Positions 37,020 through 47,751 are shown, numbered from the stretch's first letter. The stretch: 64,000 nucleotides of DNA from an uncultured Flavobacteriales bacterium (GCA_964419045.1 CAYQNO010000023.1:3720-67719), one strand, 5' to 3'. Notes: generated by a model not told the origin, from the sequence alone. Numbers and translations are program-made.

Positions 37020-37415
37020 TCAGTTTATTATGGGGTTTGCTCCAAATCTATTCTCACCATCGGTCCCTTTTAAACAGAAAAATATAAATAATATTATGCT
37101 ACCAATACCTGGAAGAAGATAAAGCAATAACCACCAACCACTTCTGTTCGTGTCGTGCAATCTTCTAGCGCTTACTGCTAAACTCGGAATGATTAATGCT
37201 AAGACTGCAATTATGTAAATTGGACCAACAGCCCCACCACCAAAACCCGAAATCGTATCAATCACTCCTGCAACAATTAAGACAATAATGTAGGCGAGAA
37301 TAAATAACCAATATTCCTTTCTTCGTGCTCGTCCGGAAAAATTAAAATAGTGCTTTGTCACGCTCTCAATTACTAAATTCATCCTGCAATCCTCTAAATT
37401 TATGGATTTGGTCAA
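37020..37415 (-). CDS. DUF805-family inner-membrane protein
   Basis: Signature FSGRARRKEYWLF followed by TM helices and RRLHDTNRSGWW. The start could be the ATG at 37382. Confidence 0.75.
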   Translation of the reverse strand: MTKSINLEDCRMNLVIESVTKHYFNFSGRARRKEYWLFILAYIIVLIVAGVIDTISGFGGGAVGPIYIIAVLALIIPSLAVSARRLHDTNRSGWWLLLYLLPGIGSIILFIFFCLKGTDGENRFGANPIIN

Positions 37416-37640
37416 TCACTCAGTACCCAGTTTTGAATATGTCCACCGATAATTTCAGGGACTAAAAGACTTATATTAGAGCTTATTCAATTACTGTTCC
37501 AGATGGGGGATATTTCTATTCCTTATGTGATGTATTATTAGTTTTACCAGCTTTCCCACCCATCGGTTCTTTGTTAATGGATTAACTCAAACCCTTAAAC
37601 CGAAACCTTCCTTAATAACTCTGAACATAGACGCTCCCCA

Positions 37641-39782
37641 ATGACTAAAAACTTCCAGACACCTGATAACGCAACAGAGCAAGGCGTCACGGATTCGAAG
37701 GTCGCGGCAGCATTGGAACAGTTGCAGAAGGGTAATGTCGATCGGGCGGATAAACTGCTCCGAGATGCCCTTGTAAAGAATCGCAACAATATCGACGCGC
37801 TCTATCTCTTAGGATTAGTGGGCTGCAGGACTCAACATTGGGTTGAGGCAGTTGAGTTGATTGGTAGAGCGATTGAAATCGATCCCAGACGGATTAAATA
37901 CTATGGTGATCTAGGTGTGGCACAGTTGGCCTTAGAACGGTTTGACGACGCCATGTCTAGTTTCCAACAACTATTGTCACACGAACCCGAAAATGCACTG
38001 GCCCTATTCAACATGGGACGTACACTCGTACTTAGCGGAAAGCGTTCAGAGGCAATCCCACTTATCGAGCAGGCTGTCATAACACAACCGACGTTTCTGG
38101 AGGCGCGGAGAGCTCTAGCCAGCCTGTTACTAGATCACGGTAGGGCTCCGGATGCTGTCGATCAGTACGAAAAAATTATTCAACAGGCCCCTGATGATAT
38201 TGAGGCGATTGCCAACTGTGGCGCTGCAATGACAGCAGCGGGACGCGCAAACGAAGCGGTCGCATTACTGTCTGAGGTATCCGCCACGCAGAAGGATAAC
38301 CCACTTGTTCTCGGTAATCTCGGCCTCTCTCTTGCCGCGGCAGATCGAGGTGAAGAAGCAGTGTCGTATCTTCAGGAAGCCTTGGAACTTGAGCCAGAAA
38401 ACCCTCGAATTTTGAATAATTTTGGGAATATGTTGCGCAAACTTGGGCGATTAGAGGAAGCCGAACATCATCTCAGTCACGCCCTAGCATTGCGTGATGA
38501 CTATATAGAGGCTCGGAATAACCTCGCCTTAACGTATTTCGATCAGGAACGTTATGAAGGTGCAGAAATTCAATTAACACAGGCGCTAGCAGTTGCACCC
38601 AACGCACCCCGTATTTTAAACAATCTGGGACTCGTTCAGCAGTATACGAACCGCATGGACGAAGCAGTTGTAAGCTTTAGTAAAGCTCTGGAACTTGAAC
38701 CATCCTATCTCGAAGCCGAAACAAATCTAGCAACAGTTTATTCTGGTATTGGCAATCTCGCTGAGGCAATAAGGATGTTTGATGCCGTGTTGCTGCGAAA
38801 TCCGACGAACCTCACTGCGCGTTGGAACCGCTGCAATGCGCTCTTACTTAACGGTGATTATGGACTCGGCTGGGATGAGTATGAACTAAGGTGGGCTATG
38901 AGCGACGAGGTTCCGAGAACCTTTACACAGCCTCACTGGGTTGATGATGATTTGAGTAACAAATCAATTATGGTTTATGGAGAGCAAGGCCCAGGTGATG
39001 TGGTCATGTTCTCCCATTGTCTCGGTGAGTTGATTGCCCATACCAAGCACGTAACTCTTCAGGTTGATGAACGGCTTGTCACTTTACTACGTCGCAGTTT
39101 CCCAACTTGTACAGTAGATACAGAGAGACAAGTGGATGGTCTCTGGCGACCAAGTGACGCTGATTTCGTTGTTGCCTTCGGTAGCCTGCCACGTCGATTC
39201 CGGCGCAAGGAAAAGGAATTCAAAGTTATAGACGGACCATATCTGCAGAGTGATCCAAAGGCGGTTACACGGTGGCGTAATCGTTACACTGCGCTCGGCG
39301 AGGGTCCGGTAGTCGGAATTTCCTGGCGAGGGGGTGCAAATGCACTTGAACGCTCTCGGCGTGTTTTGCAGCTTGCAGATTGGTCTAAGCTGCTTAGTGA
39401 CCCACGTTTAACTATCGTAAACTTGCAACATGGTAACTGTGAGGAAGAAATCGCCCAGTTCAAGAATGATTACGGTGTTACTATACATAGCTGGGACGAC
39501 ACTGGTGTAAATCTTGATGAGTTTGCAGCTCAGGTCGAATCGCTCGATTTGGTGATTTCAGTAGCGAATACAACCGTGCATTTTGCCGGAGCACTTGATA
39601 AAACGGTTTGGATGCTTGTGCCGTCCCAGCCTAGTTGGAGGTGGCAGATTGATCGCGCCGACTCTCCATGGTATCGGTCCGTGCGGATATTTAGACAAGG
39701 CAAAGACGAGAAGTGGGGAAGTGTGTTGGATACAATTAGTAAAAATTTAAAGCAGTGGGTTGATGATGGGAGAGTCGCTTAA
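37641..39782 (+). CDS. TPR-repeat protein with C-terminal GT9 (heptosyltransferase)-like domain
   Basis: About 10 TPR units over 400 aa, then a GT9-like region (VYGEQGPGDVVMF...ISVANTTVHFAGALDKTVW...PWYRSVRIFRQ). Confidence 0.75.
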   Translation: MTKNFQTPDNATEQGVTDSKVAAALEQLQKGNVDRADKLLRDALVKNRNNIDALYLLGLVGCRTQHWVEAVELIGRAIEIDPRRIKYYGDLGVAQLALERFDDAMSSFQQLLSHEPENALALFNMGRTLVLSGKRSEAIPLIEQAVITQPTFLEARRALASLLLDHGRAPDAVDQYEKIIQQAPDDIEAIANCGAAMTAAGRANEAVALLSEVSATQKDNPLVLGNLGLSLAAADRGEEAVSYLQEALELEPENPRILNNFGNMLRKLGRLEEAEHHLSHALALRDDYIEARNNLALTYFDQERYEGAEIQLTQALAVAPNAPRILNNLGLVQQYTNRMDEAVVSFSKALELEPSYLEAETNLATVYSGIGNLAEAIRMFDAVLLRNPTNLTARWNRCNALLLNGDYGLGWDEYELRWAMSDEVPRTFTQPHWVDDDLSNKSIMVYGEQGPGDVVMFSHCLGELIAHTKHVTLQVDERLVTLLRRSFPTCTVDTERQVDGLWRPSDADFVVAFGSLPRRFRRKEKEFKVIDGPYLQSDPKAVTRWRNRYTALGEGPVVGISWRGGANALERSRRVLQLADWSKLLSDPRLTIVNLQHGNCEEEIAQFKNDYGVTIHSWDDTGVNLDEFAAQVESLDLVISVANTTVHFAGALDKTVWMLVPSQPSWRWQIDRADSPWYRSVRIFRQGKDEKWGSVLDTISKNLKQWVDDGRVA

Positions 39783-41044
39783 TGCCGCCCGAAAAGGATG
39801 ATATTTTTCGTATATTCGTAGGTTGGGATAGCCGTGAAGACAGAGCATATCAAGTTTGCAGGCATTCACTTCAAACGAGAGCGAGCGGACCAATTTTGGT
39901 CAATCCTTTGAAGCAGGATGCTCTTCGTGAACAAGGGATATATACTAGAAATGTAGATCCATTAGCGTCAACAGAATTTACCTTTACACGCTTTCTTGTA
40001 CCACACTTAGCTGGTTATGAAGGTTGGGCGCTATTCTGTGATTGCGATTTTCTTTGGTTACAGGATGTCTTCAAGTTAGCCCAGATGGTAGACGATCGCT
40101 ACGCAATTATGTGTGTTCATCATGACCACCACCCACCGGAGGAACGGAAGATGGATGGTCGGCTGCAGACGCAATATCCGCGCAAGAACTGGTCATCGAT
40201 GGTATTATATAACTGTGGACACCCTGCCAACGCAGTACTAACACCGGACCTTGTAAATGAGGAGACAGGCCTCTTTTTGCACCGTTTTCAGTGGTTGGAT
40301 GATTCCCTGATAGGGTCGCTACCTGAAGATTGGAATTGGCTTGAGGGTTGGTCGAATACCCCCAAAAGTGGTTTTCCTAACGCAATACATTTCACACGTG
40401 GTGGACCATGGTTTGAGGAATGGTCGAATGTGGAATTTGCTAAATTATGGAATAAAGAACACAAGGAGTGGCGGGTAGCCGGCGGTAGTGAAATGTGCGA
40501 GGTCTTCGATTTCTGGTTTCATGAATGTACTCACGAACTTCGCTTCCGTGGTGACGCGAAATTTGATCAGGCGTTACGCAAACGGTTTATCGAGGCACAT
40601 TCACGGGCCAATAGGGAAGAGTTTTCGTCTTGGCGGGCGACGCCGCAGGGTCGAGTAGCAGAAATAATAATTCTTGATCAATTTTCCCGAAACATGTTTC
40701 GGGGTGTTCCAGAGGCATTTGCAAGTGACGAATTGGCTCGCAGCCTAGCCAAGGCGGCCATTTCTGCGGGTGCTGATAAATTATTGCCTCAAGAGCAACG
40801 CCTGTTCCTTTATCTACCGTTCGAACACAGCGAAAATGCTGCGGATCAGAACCGCAGCGTCGAACTCTTCTCGACACTGGAAAATGAAAGGGGCCGAAAT
40901 TCAGCAGTAGCGCACAGAGAAGTGTTTACGCGATTTGGAAGGTTCCCTGCTCGCAATAACGCGCTTGGACGTGAAACAACTGACGAAGAAGCTATATTCT
41001 TGGCTGACCCTGAAACTCCTAGATGGAGTCAACCGCGAACATAG
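39782..41044 (+). CDS. Fusion protein: N-terminal DxD-type glycosyltransferase-like domain + C-terminal DUF924 domain
   Basis: N-terminal half has IFVGWDSRE...ALFCDCDFLWLQDV (DxD-like). C-terminal half has DUF924 hallmarks IILDQFSRNMFRG, LYLPFEHSE, FGRFPARNNALGRETTDEE. TAATG overlap with the upstream gene. Confidence 0.7.
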   Translation: MPPEKDDIFRIFVGWDSREDRAYQVCRHSLQTRASGPILVNPLKQDALREQGIYTRNVDPLASTEFTFTRFLVPHLAGYEGWALFCDCDFLWLQDVFKLAQMVDDRYAIMCVHHDHHPPEERKMDGRLQTQYPRKNWSSMVLYNCGHPANAVLTPDLVNEETGLFLHRFQWLDDSLIGSLPEDWNWLEGWSNTPKSGFPNAIHFTRGGPWFEEWSNVEFAKLWNKEHKEWRVAGGSEMCEVFDFWFHECTHELRFRGDAKFDQALRKRFIEAHSRANREEFSSWRATPQGRVAEIIILDQFSRNMFRGVPEAFASDELARSLAKAAISAGADKLLPQEQRLFLYLPFEHSENAADQNRSVELFSTLENERGRNSAVAHREVFTRFGRFPARNNALGRETTDEEAIFLADPETPRWSQPRT

Positions 41045-41079
41045 TTAAGTTGATGTTGGCGCATGGCCGGTTTATGCTA

Positions 41080-42102
41080 TCAATGAGCCCGCTCAATGCA
41101 GAAATCTATGGTGCCAACAAGGGCAGACTTGATTTCGCTATCGGGGAAAATGCCGCAGGCATCTCGGGCTATCGCACCGTAATGTCGCGCTCGCTCGATT
41201 GAATCACGAAGGGCACCATAACGCTGCATAATTTCAACTGCTTCATCAAAATCGCCGTCTCTTTGGTTTAAATCTTCCATAGTACGTCGCCAGAATGCTT
41301 TATCTACTTCATTTCCTCGTCGCCAGGCGAGCACTACTGGCAAATTAACCTTACCTTCACGAAAATCATCGCCTACAGATTTACCAAATTCAGTTTCGCT
41401 GGCAGAATAATCCAGCACATCATCAATTAACTGAAAAGCAATTCCTAAATTCATCCCATAACTTTCTAATGCCTGTTGTTCTGCTTTTGAGCGGGAAGCC
41501 ACAACTGCACCGAGTTCGGTCGCCGCCGCGAAGAGCTTTGCTGTTTTAGCATGAACAACCTCAAGATAAGCCTCCTCACTTGTCTCCGTGTCATTGGTAG
41601 TTACAAGTTGTAGAACCTCGCCTTCAGCTATGACTGCGGATGCTTCTGAAAGAATTGCAAGAACATCGAGTGATCCAATTTCTACCATTATCTGGAATGC
41701 TTTAGAAAATAGGAAGTCTCCAACTAGAACTGAAGCTTGATCACCCCAAAGGGAGTTTGCTGAATCTTGTCCACGTCGCAATAACGATTGATCGACGACA
41801 TCGTCGTGAAGGAGTGTTGCCGTGTGTATGAATTCAACGCACGTAGCCAACGCAATGTGATGTTCACCCTCATATCCACACAGTTTGGCAGCAGCAAGAG
41901 TCAGCATTGGTCGTAACCGCTTGCCACCAGCGGCAATGATGTGTCCTGCCAGTTGTGGAATTAGTGATACGGAACTCTGCATGCGGTCGAGAATCAAGTG
42001 ATTGACACGCTCAACATCGCTGGACACTAGTCCGTGTAAGGCATCCAAGGTAGGCTTATTACCAACCGTATTATCGGGATGTAAATTTACAACTTCAGCC
42101 AA
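41080..42102 (-). CDS. ispB: Octaprenyl-diphosphate synthase (polyprenyl synthetase)
   Basis: DDxxD motifs LLHDDVVDQS and QLIDDVLDY. TTG at 42102, with GGAGA about 10 nt upstream, gives a typical 340-aa product. The track ORF extends to 42156. Confidence 0.85.
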   Translation of the reverse strand: MAEVVNLHPDNTVGNKPTLDALHGLVSSDVERVNHLILDRMQSSVSLIPQLAGHIIAAGGKRLRPMLTLAAAKLCGYEGEHHIALATCVEFIHTATLLHDDVVDQSLLRRGQDSANSLWGDQASVLVGDFLFSKAFQIMVEIGSLDVLAILSEASAVIAEGEVLQLVTTNDTETSEEAYLEVVHAKTAKLFAAATELGAVVASRSKAEQQALESYGMNLGIAFQLIDDVLDYSASETEFGKSVGDDFREGKVNLPVVLAWRRGNEVDKAFWRRTMEDLNQRDGDFDEAVEIMQRYGALRDSIERARHYGAIARDACGIFPDSEIKSALVGTIDFCIERAH

Positions 42103-42208
42103 AAAATTAGTTCTCCAGATATCTGTTTTGAAATAATGACAACGAACATAGTACAACGTAACCGGTGGTCAAAGGTGCTACATTTTTCAAAATATACCGG
42201 AGACTGGG

Positions 42209-42454
42209 ATGAAAGAAGTTTTACGTACATCCGACGAAGTTCAACTTTCGTGGCTCACAGCGCTTTTGGCGGATCACCATATCAACGTAGTAATTCTCGA
42301 TTCCCATATGAGCGTACTTGGGGGATCTGGTAGTGCTATTCCTCAACGACTCATGGTAATTGAGGATGATTATGAAGCAGCGATTAGCTTGCTGACCCAA
42401 GCTGGGGAGATTGTCGGGTCTGAATCACAAAAAATGGCTGATGAAGAGGGCTAA
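42209..42454 (+). CDS. DUF2007-domain small protein
   Basis: 81 aa with an N-terminus typical of the family (LRTSDEVQLSWLTALLADHHINVVILD). Confidence 0.65.
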   Translation: MKEVLRTSDEVQLSWLTALLADHHINVVILDSHMSVLGGSGSAIPQRLMVIEDDYEAAISLLTQAGEIVGSESQKMADEEG

Positions 42455-42457
42455 GCG

Positions 42458-43180
42458 ATGAATTATGTATTAGGGGGAAAAGTTATTATTCATCAGAAAA
42501 ATGCAGGCTACCGTTCATCTATAGACGCGGTCTTTTTGGCGGCAGCCGTCCCTGATGTGGGGGAGGGACGTGTGCTTGATGTAGGTTGCGGCGTGGGTAC
42601 TGCGGCGCTCTGTTATGCTGCACGTGCAAGAACTGCCCAGGTGACTGGCCTGGAAATTCAGGCCGAATTGGTAGAGTTGTCCGAACGTAACATTAAGGAG
42701 AACCATGTTAGTGAAAGAATGAGGGTAATTTCGGGAGATCTGTTGGATCCTCCAGCGGAACTTGAACCAGCAAGTTATAACGAAGTAATGGCTAACCCAC
42801 CCTATCTTCAGGCCGGTTACGTGACGACACCACCAAACGAAATTAAAACTGTTTCGACGATAGAAGGCGCCGCTGATCTCGCATGCTGGGTTAAATTTTG
42901 TCTCAAAATGGTGGTGCCTTCCGGTGGAGTCACCTTCATTCATAGGGCTGATCGCCTCGATGAATTACTTGCTTTGTTGACTGTTGAAACTGGTAATATT
43001 GTTGTTTTTCCATTATGGCCCTCGGCTCAAAGTGAGGCAAAACGTGTGATTGTTCGTGCTCGACGGGGAACTAAAGCACCAATGCGTCTTACTGCTGGGA
43101 TGGTCATACATGGTGAAGGACAGAAATTCTCGTTCGAGGCGGAGAATGTATTAAGAAATGCTGTTTCGTTGGGCTTGTGA
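42458..43180 (+). CDS. SAM-dependent methyltransferase with NPPY motif (TrmN6/YfiC-like N6-adenine type)
   Basis: SAM motif VLDVGCGVGTAAL and catalytic MANPPY. Confidence 0.75.
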   Translation: MNYVLGGKVIIHQKNAGYRSSIDAVFLAAAVPDVGEGRVLDVGCGVGTAALCYAARARTAQVTGLEIQAELVELSERNIKENHVSERMRVISGDLLDPPAELEPASYNEVMANPPYLQAGYVTTPPNEIKTVSTIEGAADLACWVKFCLKMVVPSGGVTFIHRADRLDELLALLTVETGNIVVFPLWPSAQSEAKRVIVRARRGTKAPMRLTAGMVIHGEGQKFSFEAENVLRNAVSLGL

Positions 43181-43249
43181 TTCCTATACTGGATCGATTT
43201 TCATACTTTAGGTGTTGATCTATACTTTTATGACACCATGTAATCGTCC

Positions 43250-44131
43250 ATGACGGTAGAACAGTCTGTTAAACAACCAGCCGAGTGGTTGCGTAGAGTA
43301 CCCCTCTTGGGTGATCACGTAGCCAATCGTTTAGAGCGTATACCTGTTGTGCCGGTGGTAAGGCTTGTGGGCGTAATAGGTCAGTCCGGATTCGGGCGGC
43401 GTGGTCTTACGCTTGCGGCTTTAGAGGATCCCATTGAACGAGCCTTCAAAGTATCCCGTGTAAAGGGTGTTGCGCTGGTTGTAAATTCACCCGGTGGCTC
43501 GCCAGTACAGTCTGCGTTAATCGCCAAGCGGATACGCACGCTGTCTGACGAAAACAATGTCCCTGTTTATGCATTTTGTGAGGACGTAGCTGCGTCTGGC
43601 GGGTATTGGCTTGCCTGTGCAGCTGACGAAATCTATGCGGAGAGGGCTTCGATAATAGGCTCCATAGGTGTGGTTTCTGCGAGTTTTGGATTTTCATCGT
43701 TGCTCGAGCGTATTGGTGTCGAGCGTCGCATCCACACCGCGGGAAGCAGAAAGGCTATGCTCGACCCCTTTAGTCCCGAGGATCCAAAGGACATTAAGCA
43801 CCTCCAGAAAATACAAGAAGATCTCCACGAGCAATTCAAAAATTTTGTTCGCGACCGCCGTGGGCAAAACCTTTCTTCTAATGAAAAGACGCTGTTCGAT
43901 GGTGAATTCTGGACTGGGCACGCGGCTTTAGAGTTGGGACTTATCGACGGTCTTGGAGATTTACGGTCAGTCATGAGGGATAAGTTTGGTATACGGGTCC
44001 ATTTTAAACAGATGATACGCCCTCGTAGCTGGTTTCAAAGAAGGTTTGGGGTAGATCGAGATAAATCATTTGCTCATGAATTTGTAAGTTCGATGGAAGA
44101 ACGTGCACTCTGGGCACGTTACGGGTTTTAA
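43250..44131 (+). CDS. S49-family serine peptidase (SppA 36K type)
   Basis: VVNSPGGSPVQS and ASGGYWLACAADEIYA motifs. Confidence 0.8.
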   Translation: MTVEQSVKQPAEWLRRVPLLGDHVANRLERIPVVPVVRLVGVIGQSGFGRRGLTLAALEDPIERAFKVSRVKGVALVVNSPGGSPVQSALIAKRIRTLSDENNVPVYAFCEDVAASGGYWLACAADEIYAERASIIGSIGVVSASFGFSSLLERIGVERRIHTAGSRKAMLDPFSPEDPKDIKHLQKIQEDLHEQFKNFVRDRRGQNLSSNEKTLFDGEFWTGHAALELGLIDGLGDLRSVMRDKFGIRVHFKQMIRPRSWFQRRFGVDRDKSFAHEFVSSMEERALWARYGF

Positions 44132-44270
44132 TCTAGTTTAGATTATCTGTTACAAACGACTTTACATTATTATGTGACTAGGAATTGGTTTAATAATATT
44201 TTGAGTTAGTCACTGGCTGTAACTATTCCCGTTACTTGACCCTGACTCGTTCGCACCATTAAGGTGTCCA

Positions 44271-44528
44271 ATGTTCGGAATTTCCTTCTTAAAATTTGTT
44301 GTTCTCATAAGTGTAATATTATTAGTGCTATACGGACTGTTGCGTTTGCAACGTCACTTTGAAATCAAAAACATGCGTATGCGGGGCGGCGTGCAAGCCA
44401 AGGAAAATAACGATGCTGCCTTAGCCAAAAATGGAGGCGTTGAGGATACGGTTAGATGCCCGGTTTGCAATTTTTACGTTGCGACGAATCACGTATCTGA
44501 TTGCGACCGAACCAATTGTCCGTATTAA
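44271..44528 (+). CDS. Small membrane-anchored Cys-rich (zinc-ribbon-like) protein
   Basis: N-terminal TM helix plus CPVCNFY...CDRTNCPY; 85 aa. Function unknown. Confidence 0.5.
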   Translation: MFGISFLKFVVLISVILLVLYGLLRLQRHFEIKNMRMRGGVQAKENNDAALAKNGGVEDTVRCPVCNFYVATNHVSDCDRTNCPY

Positions 44529-44591
44529 ATTCACCCCGGGTCGTAACTATTTCGGACTGTACCTGACGTTCGGCCCAATTCCAGGACGATT

Positions 44592-45461
44592 ATGGCCTCT
44601 AGAAATTGCCTTCAGTCTCTTATCCTAACCTTACATTCGTACTGGTCAGAACAGGGCTGCGTCATTCTTCAGCCGTATGATATGGAGGTTGGTGCAGGAA
44701 CATTTCATCCTGCGACCGTATTGCGTGCTCTGGGCCCAAAACCATGGCGTGTAGCCTATGTGCAGCCTTCTCGCCGACCGACCGACGGCCGCTATGGGGA
44801 AAACCCTAATCGACTCCAGCATTATTACCAGTATCAGGTAATGCTGAAACCGTCTCCCAGAGAGAGTCAGGACCTATATCTTAATAGCCTCAAATCAATC
44901 GGTATTAATCCGCTCGACCATGATATCCGGTTCGTAGAGGACGACTGGGAGAGCCCAACGCTGGGTGCGGCTGGTCTTGGTTGGGAGGTTCAGTGCGATG
45001 GAATGGAAATCTCTCAGTTCACCTATTTTCAGCAAATCGGAGGTATTAGCTGTGATCCGGTATCGGTAGAATTCACCTACGGGGTTGAGCGGTTGGCGAT
45101 GTATATTCAGGGTGTGGAGAGTGTCTATGATCTCGATTTTGATGGATCTGGTACAAGTTATGGTGATGTATTCCTTGAGGCCGAGCGTCAATTTTCAGCC
45201 TATAATTTCGAGTATGCTAATACGGAAATGCTGATCCGCCAGTTTAAGGATGCGGAAACAGAATGTTCGGCAGTTTTGAGTGTGAATTTGCCGCTTCCCG
45301 CGTATGAACAGTGTCTAAAAGCGAGTCACTTATTCAACATCATTGATGCGCGGGGTGTGATAAGTTCAACTCAACGCCAGGCTTATATTGGACGCGTTCG
45401 TGCTATGACAAATGCGTGCTGTTCGGCATGGCTTACCATAGTAGAGAAAACCCCAAAGTAA
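44592..45461 (+). CDS. glyQ: Glycine--tRNA ligase alpha subunit
   Basis: Highly conserved GlyQ sequence ([21 protein letters not shown]..., [22 protein letters not shown]). Confidence 0.95.
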   Translation: MASRNCLQSLILTLHSYWSEQGCVILQPYDMEVGAGTFHPATVLRALGPKPWRVAYVQPSRRPTDGRYGENPNRLQHYYQYQVMLKPSPRESQDLYLNSLKSIGINPLDHDIRFVEDDWESPTLGAAGLGWEVQCDGMEISQFTYFQQIGGISCDPVSVEFTYGVERLAMYIQGVESVYDLDFDGSGTSYGDVFLEAERQFSAYNFEYANTEMLIRQFKDAETECSAVLSVNLPLPAYEQCLKASHLFNIIDARGVISSTQRQAYIGRVRAMTNACCSAWLTIVEKTPK

Positions 45462-47587
45462 TGTCTGAACTTCTGCTCGAGATTTTATCTGAAGAAATCC
45501 CAGCACGTATGCAGACGACCGCCGCTGCCGAGCTTGAGCGCCTCGTAGTCGCGGGGCTTAAAGCGCAAAATCTGTGTTTTAAGAATGCGCAAGCCTATGC
45601 AACCCCGAGGCGTCTTGTCCTTTTTATCGATGGTTTACCGACGCGGCAACTCGCAAGGCACGAAATGAGAAGGGGACCATCGATTGATTCACCAGATAAA
45701 GCAGTACAAGGGTTTGCAAAATCTGTCGGCATCAAGGTCAAAGACCTGGAAACAGAAAAAACCAAAAAGGGAAATTACTATGTAGCGTGTGTAAAAGTTG
45801 GTGGCCTAGCTATTAGCGAAATTATTGCAACAATTGTGCGAGAGGCCGTTTGGGTGTTTCCATGGTCAGTATCAATGACTTGGGGTGAGAATCCAAACTT
45901 TTCCTGGGTACGACCACTTCAATCTATACTCTGTATTCTTGATGGGAAGACAGTCAAATTCGACATCGGGGGAATTGAGAAAAGTGGTATTATTCGCAAG
46001 GAGTCGAATGGAATATCACCTCACGGTTTAACGAGTGGGAATTATACCGTAGGGCATCGATTTTTAGCACCTAATAGAATTAAGATTAAGTCATTCGCCG
46101 ATTATAAAATGAAGCTGCGAGAAGCGAAGGTCATATTCGACGCAGACGAGCGCCACGAGTTCATCGAAAATGAGCTCAATCGTAAGGCAGAGTCTGCTGG
46201 ATTATCGGTGAAGAAGGACGACACACTTCTCGCTGAGGTCACCGGTCTTATCGAGTGGCCGGTTGTTTTATTGGGAAAAATTGAAGAGCGCTTTATGTCA
46301 CTTCCAGATGAAGTTATGACCACAGTTATGCGCCGCCACCAGAAGTATTTTGTTTTTATGCATGACGACGGCACGTTAGCGCCATACTTTGCTTTCGTAG
46401 CAAACATTGATCCAACGGATGGTGGCGCGAATATAGTAATCGGAAATGAGCGTGTCCTTGCTGCACGCCTGGCCGACGCTCGATTCTTCTTGGACCAAGA
46501 TTGTAAGAACACGCTGGAAGGCCGTACACCTGAGCTCGAAGGGCTAGTATATCATGCAAAACTGGGATCAATCGCGGATAAGGTGTCACGACTACGGGCG
46601 CTGATACATTTGCTCGCCGGTTATGTTCCTGGGGTTAAGATCGATGCCGGTGAAAGAGCAGCGCTACTTGCTAAAAACGATCTAGCGACTGGGATGGTTG
46701 GTGAGTTTCCGGAATTGCAGGGAACTATGGGTCGTTACTATGCTTTGCAGGAAGGGGTATCGTTGGAAGTAGCGGAGGCTCTCGCCGAGCATTATTCACC
46801 ACTTGGTCCAAGCGATCGTTGTCCGAATGCGCCAGTTTCGGTGGTTCTTGCCCTGGCAGATAAAATTGACACACTTGCTGGATTTTGGTCAATCGATGAA
46901 AAACCCACAGGTTCAAAAGATCCCTACGCGCTGCGTCGTGCAGCTCTTGGCGTTATAAGACTCATTGTAGAGAATCAATTGAGGGTACCTCTACAGTCAG
47001 TATTAGTAGAGGCCCTAATACCCTTTTTCTCAAATTTTTCTCAAAAGCGGCAGTTACTTGGTGAAAACTTATTGGCCTTTTTTATAAATAGACTAAAAGT
47101 TCATTTGCGTGGACGCGGTGTCCGACATGATCTAATCAATGCAGTAGTCGCAATTGATAGTGAAGATGACCTGTTAAGGCTACTTAACAGGGTAGATGCA
47201 CTTTCGTTGTTCCTGGACACTGATGACGGAAAAAATCTCCTCGCCGCATACCGTCGTGCCACTAACATTTTACAAATCGAAGAGAAAAAGGACGGTGTGA
47301 TATATAATGCTATCTACGATACTGGTGCCTTTAAGCTGGACCAAGAAAAGGCACTTGGTGCAGCCATGGTAGCCTCGAAAATTGAGATTGATCAGGCTCT
47401 AAGCAAAGAAGATTTTTCGACTGCCATGTTAATTCTAGCCCGATTACACATGCCAATTGATGAATTTTTTAACAATGTTACCGTAAACGTAAATGACGCC
47501 GCCTTGCGGGAAAATCGCTTACTGTTGATGGCACAAATTCGGTCTACCATGTTCGCGGTAGCCGACTTTAGTCAGATCGAAGGATAG
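45461..47587 (+). CDS. glyS: Glycine--tRNA ligase beta subunit
   Basis: [18 protein letters not shown] start, overlapping the glyQ stop (TAATG). Length and order are typical of glyQS. Confidence 0.93.
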   Translation: MSELLLEILSEEIPARMQTTAAAELERLVVAGLKAQNLCFKNAQAYATPRRLVLFIDGLPTRQLARHEMRRGPSIDSPDKAVQGFAKSVGIKVKDLETEKTKKGNYYVACVKVGGLAISEIIATIVREAVWVFPWSVSMTWGENPNFSWVRPLQSILCILDGKTVKFDIGGIEKSGIIRKESNGISPHGLTSGNYTVGHRFLAPNRIKIKSFADYKMKLREAKVIFDADERHEFIENELNRKAESAGLSVKKDDTLLAEVTGLIEWPVVLLGKIEERFMSLPDEVMTTVMRRHQKYFVFMHDDGTLAPYFAFVANIDPTDGGANIVIGNERVLAARLADARFFLDQDCKNTLEGRTPELEGLVYHAKLGSIADKVSRLRALIHLLAGYVPGVKIDAGERAALLAKNDLATGMVGEFPELQGTMGRYYALQEGVSLEVAEALAEHYSPLGPSDRCPNAPVSVVLALADKIDTLAGFWSIDEKPTGSKDPYALRRAALGVIRLIVENQLRVPLQSVLVEALIPFFSNFSQKRQLLGENLLAFFINRLKVHLRGRGVRHDLINAVVAIDSEDDLLRLLNRVDALSLFLDTDDGKNLLAAYRRATNILQIEEKKDGVIYNAIYDTGAFKLDQEKALGAAMVASKIEIDQALSKEDFSTAMLILARLHMPIDEFFNNVTVNVNDAALRENRLLLMAQIRSTMFAVADFSQIEG

Positions 47588-47751
47588 TGTAACAAATGAA
47601 TAATAGGGTACATGACTGATCTTAATTTTTTGGGATACTGGATTAGCGAAAATAGACCAATAGTTCAGCACAGATTGTCAATTAGGACGTACGTTTGTAG
47701 TTGTTGCTACTCGAATTTCTAATATTATCCATTTGCCCTCCGCAACAGGCC

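Noticed and set aside
36811-37640. Integrated mobile element or prophage at tRNA-Pro
   Set aside because: There is no integrase, excisionase or phage gene, and no repeat of the tRNA 3' end in the flanks. Only one small AT-rich membrane-protein gene is present.
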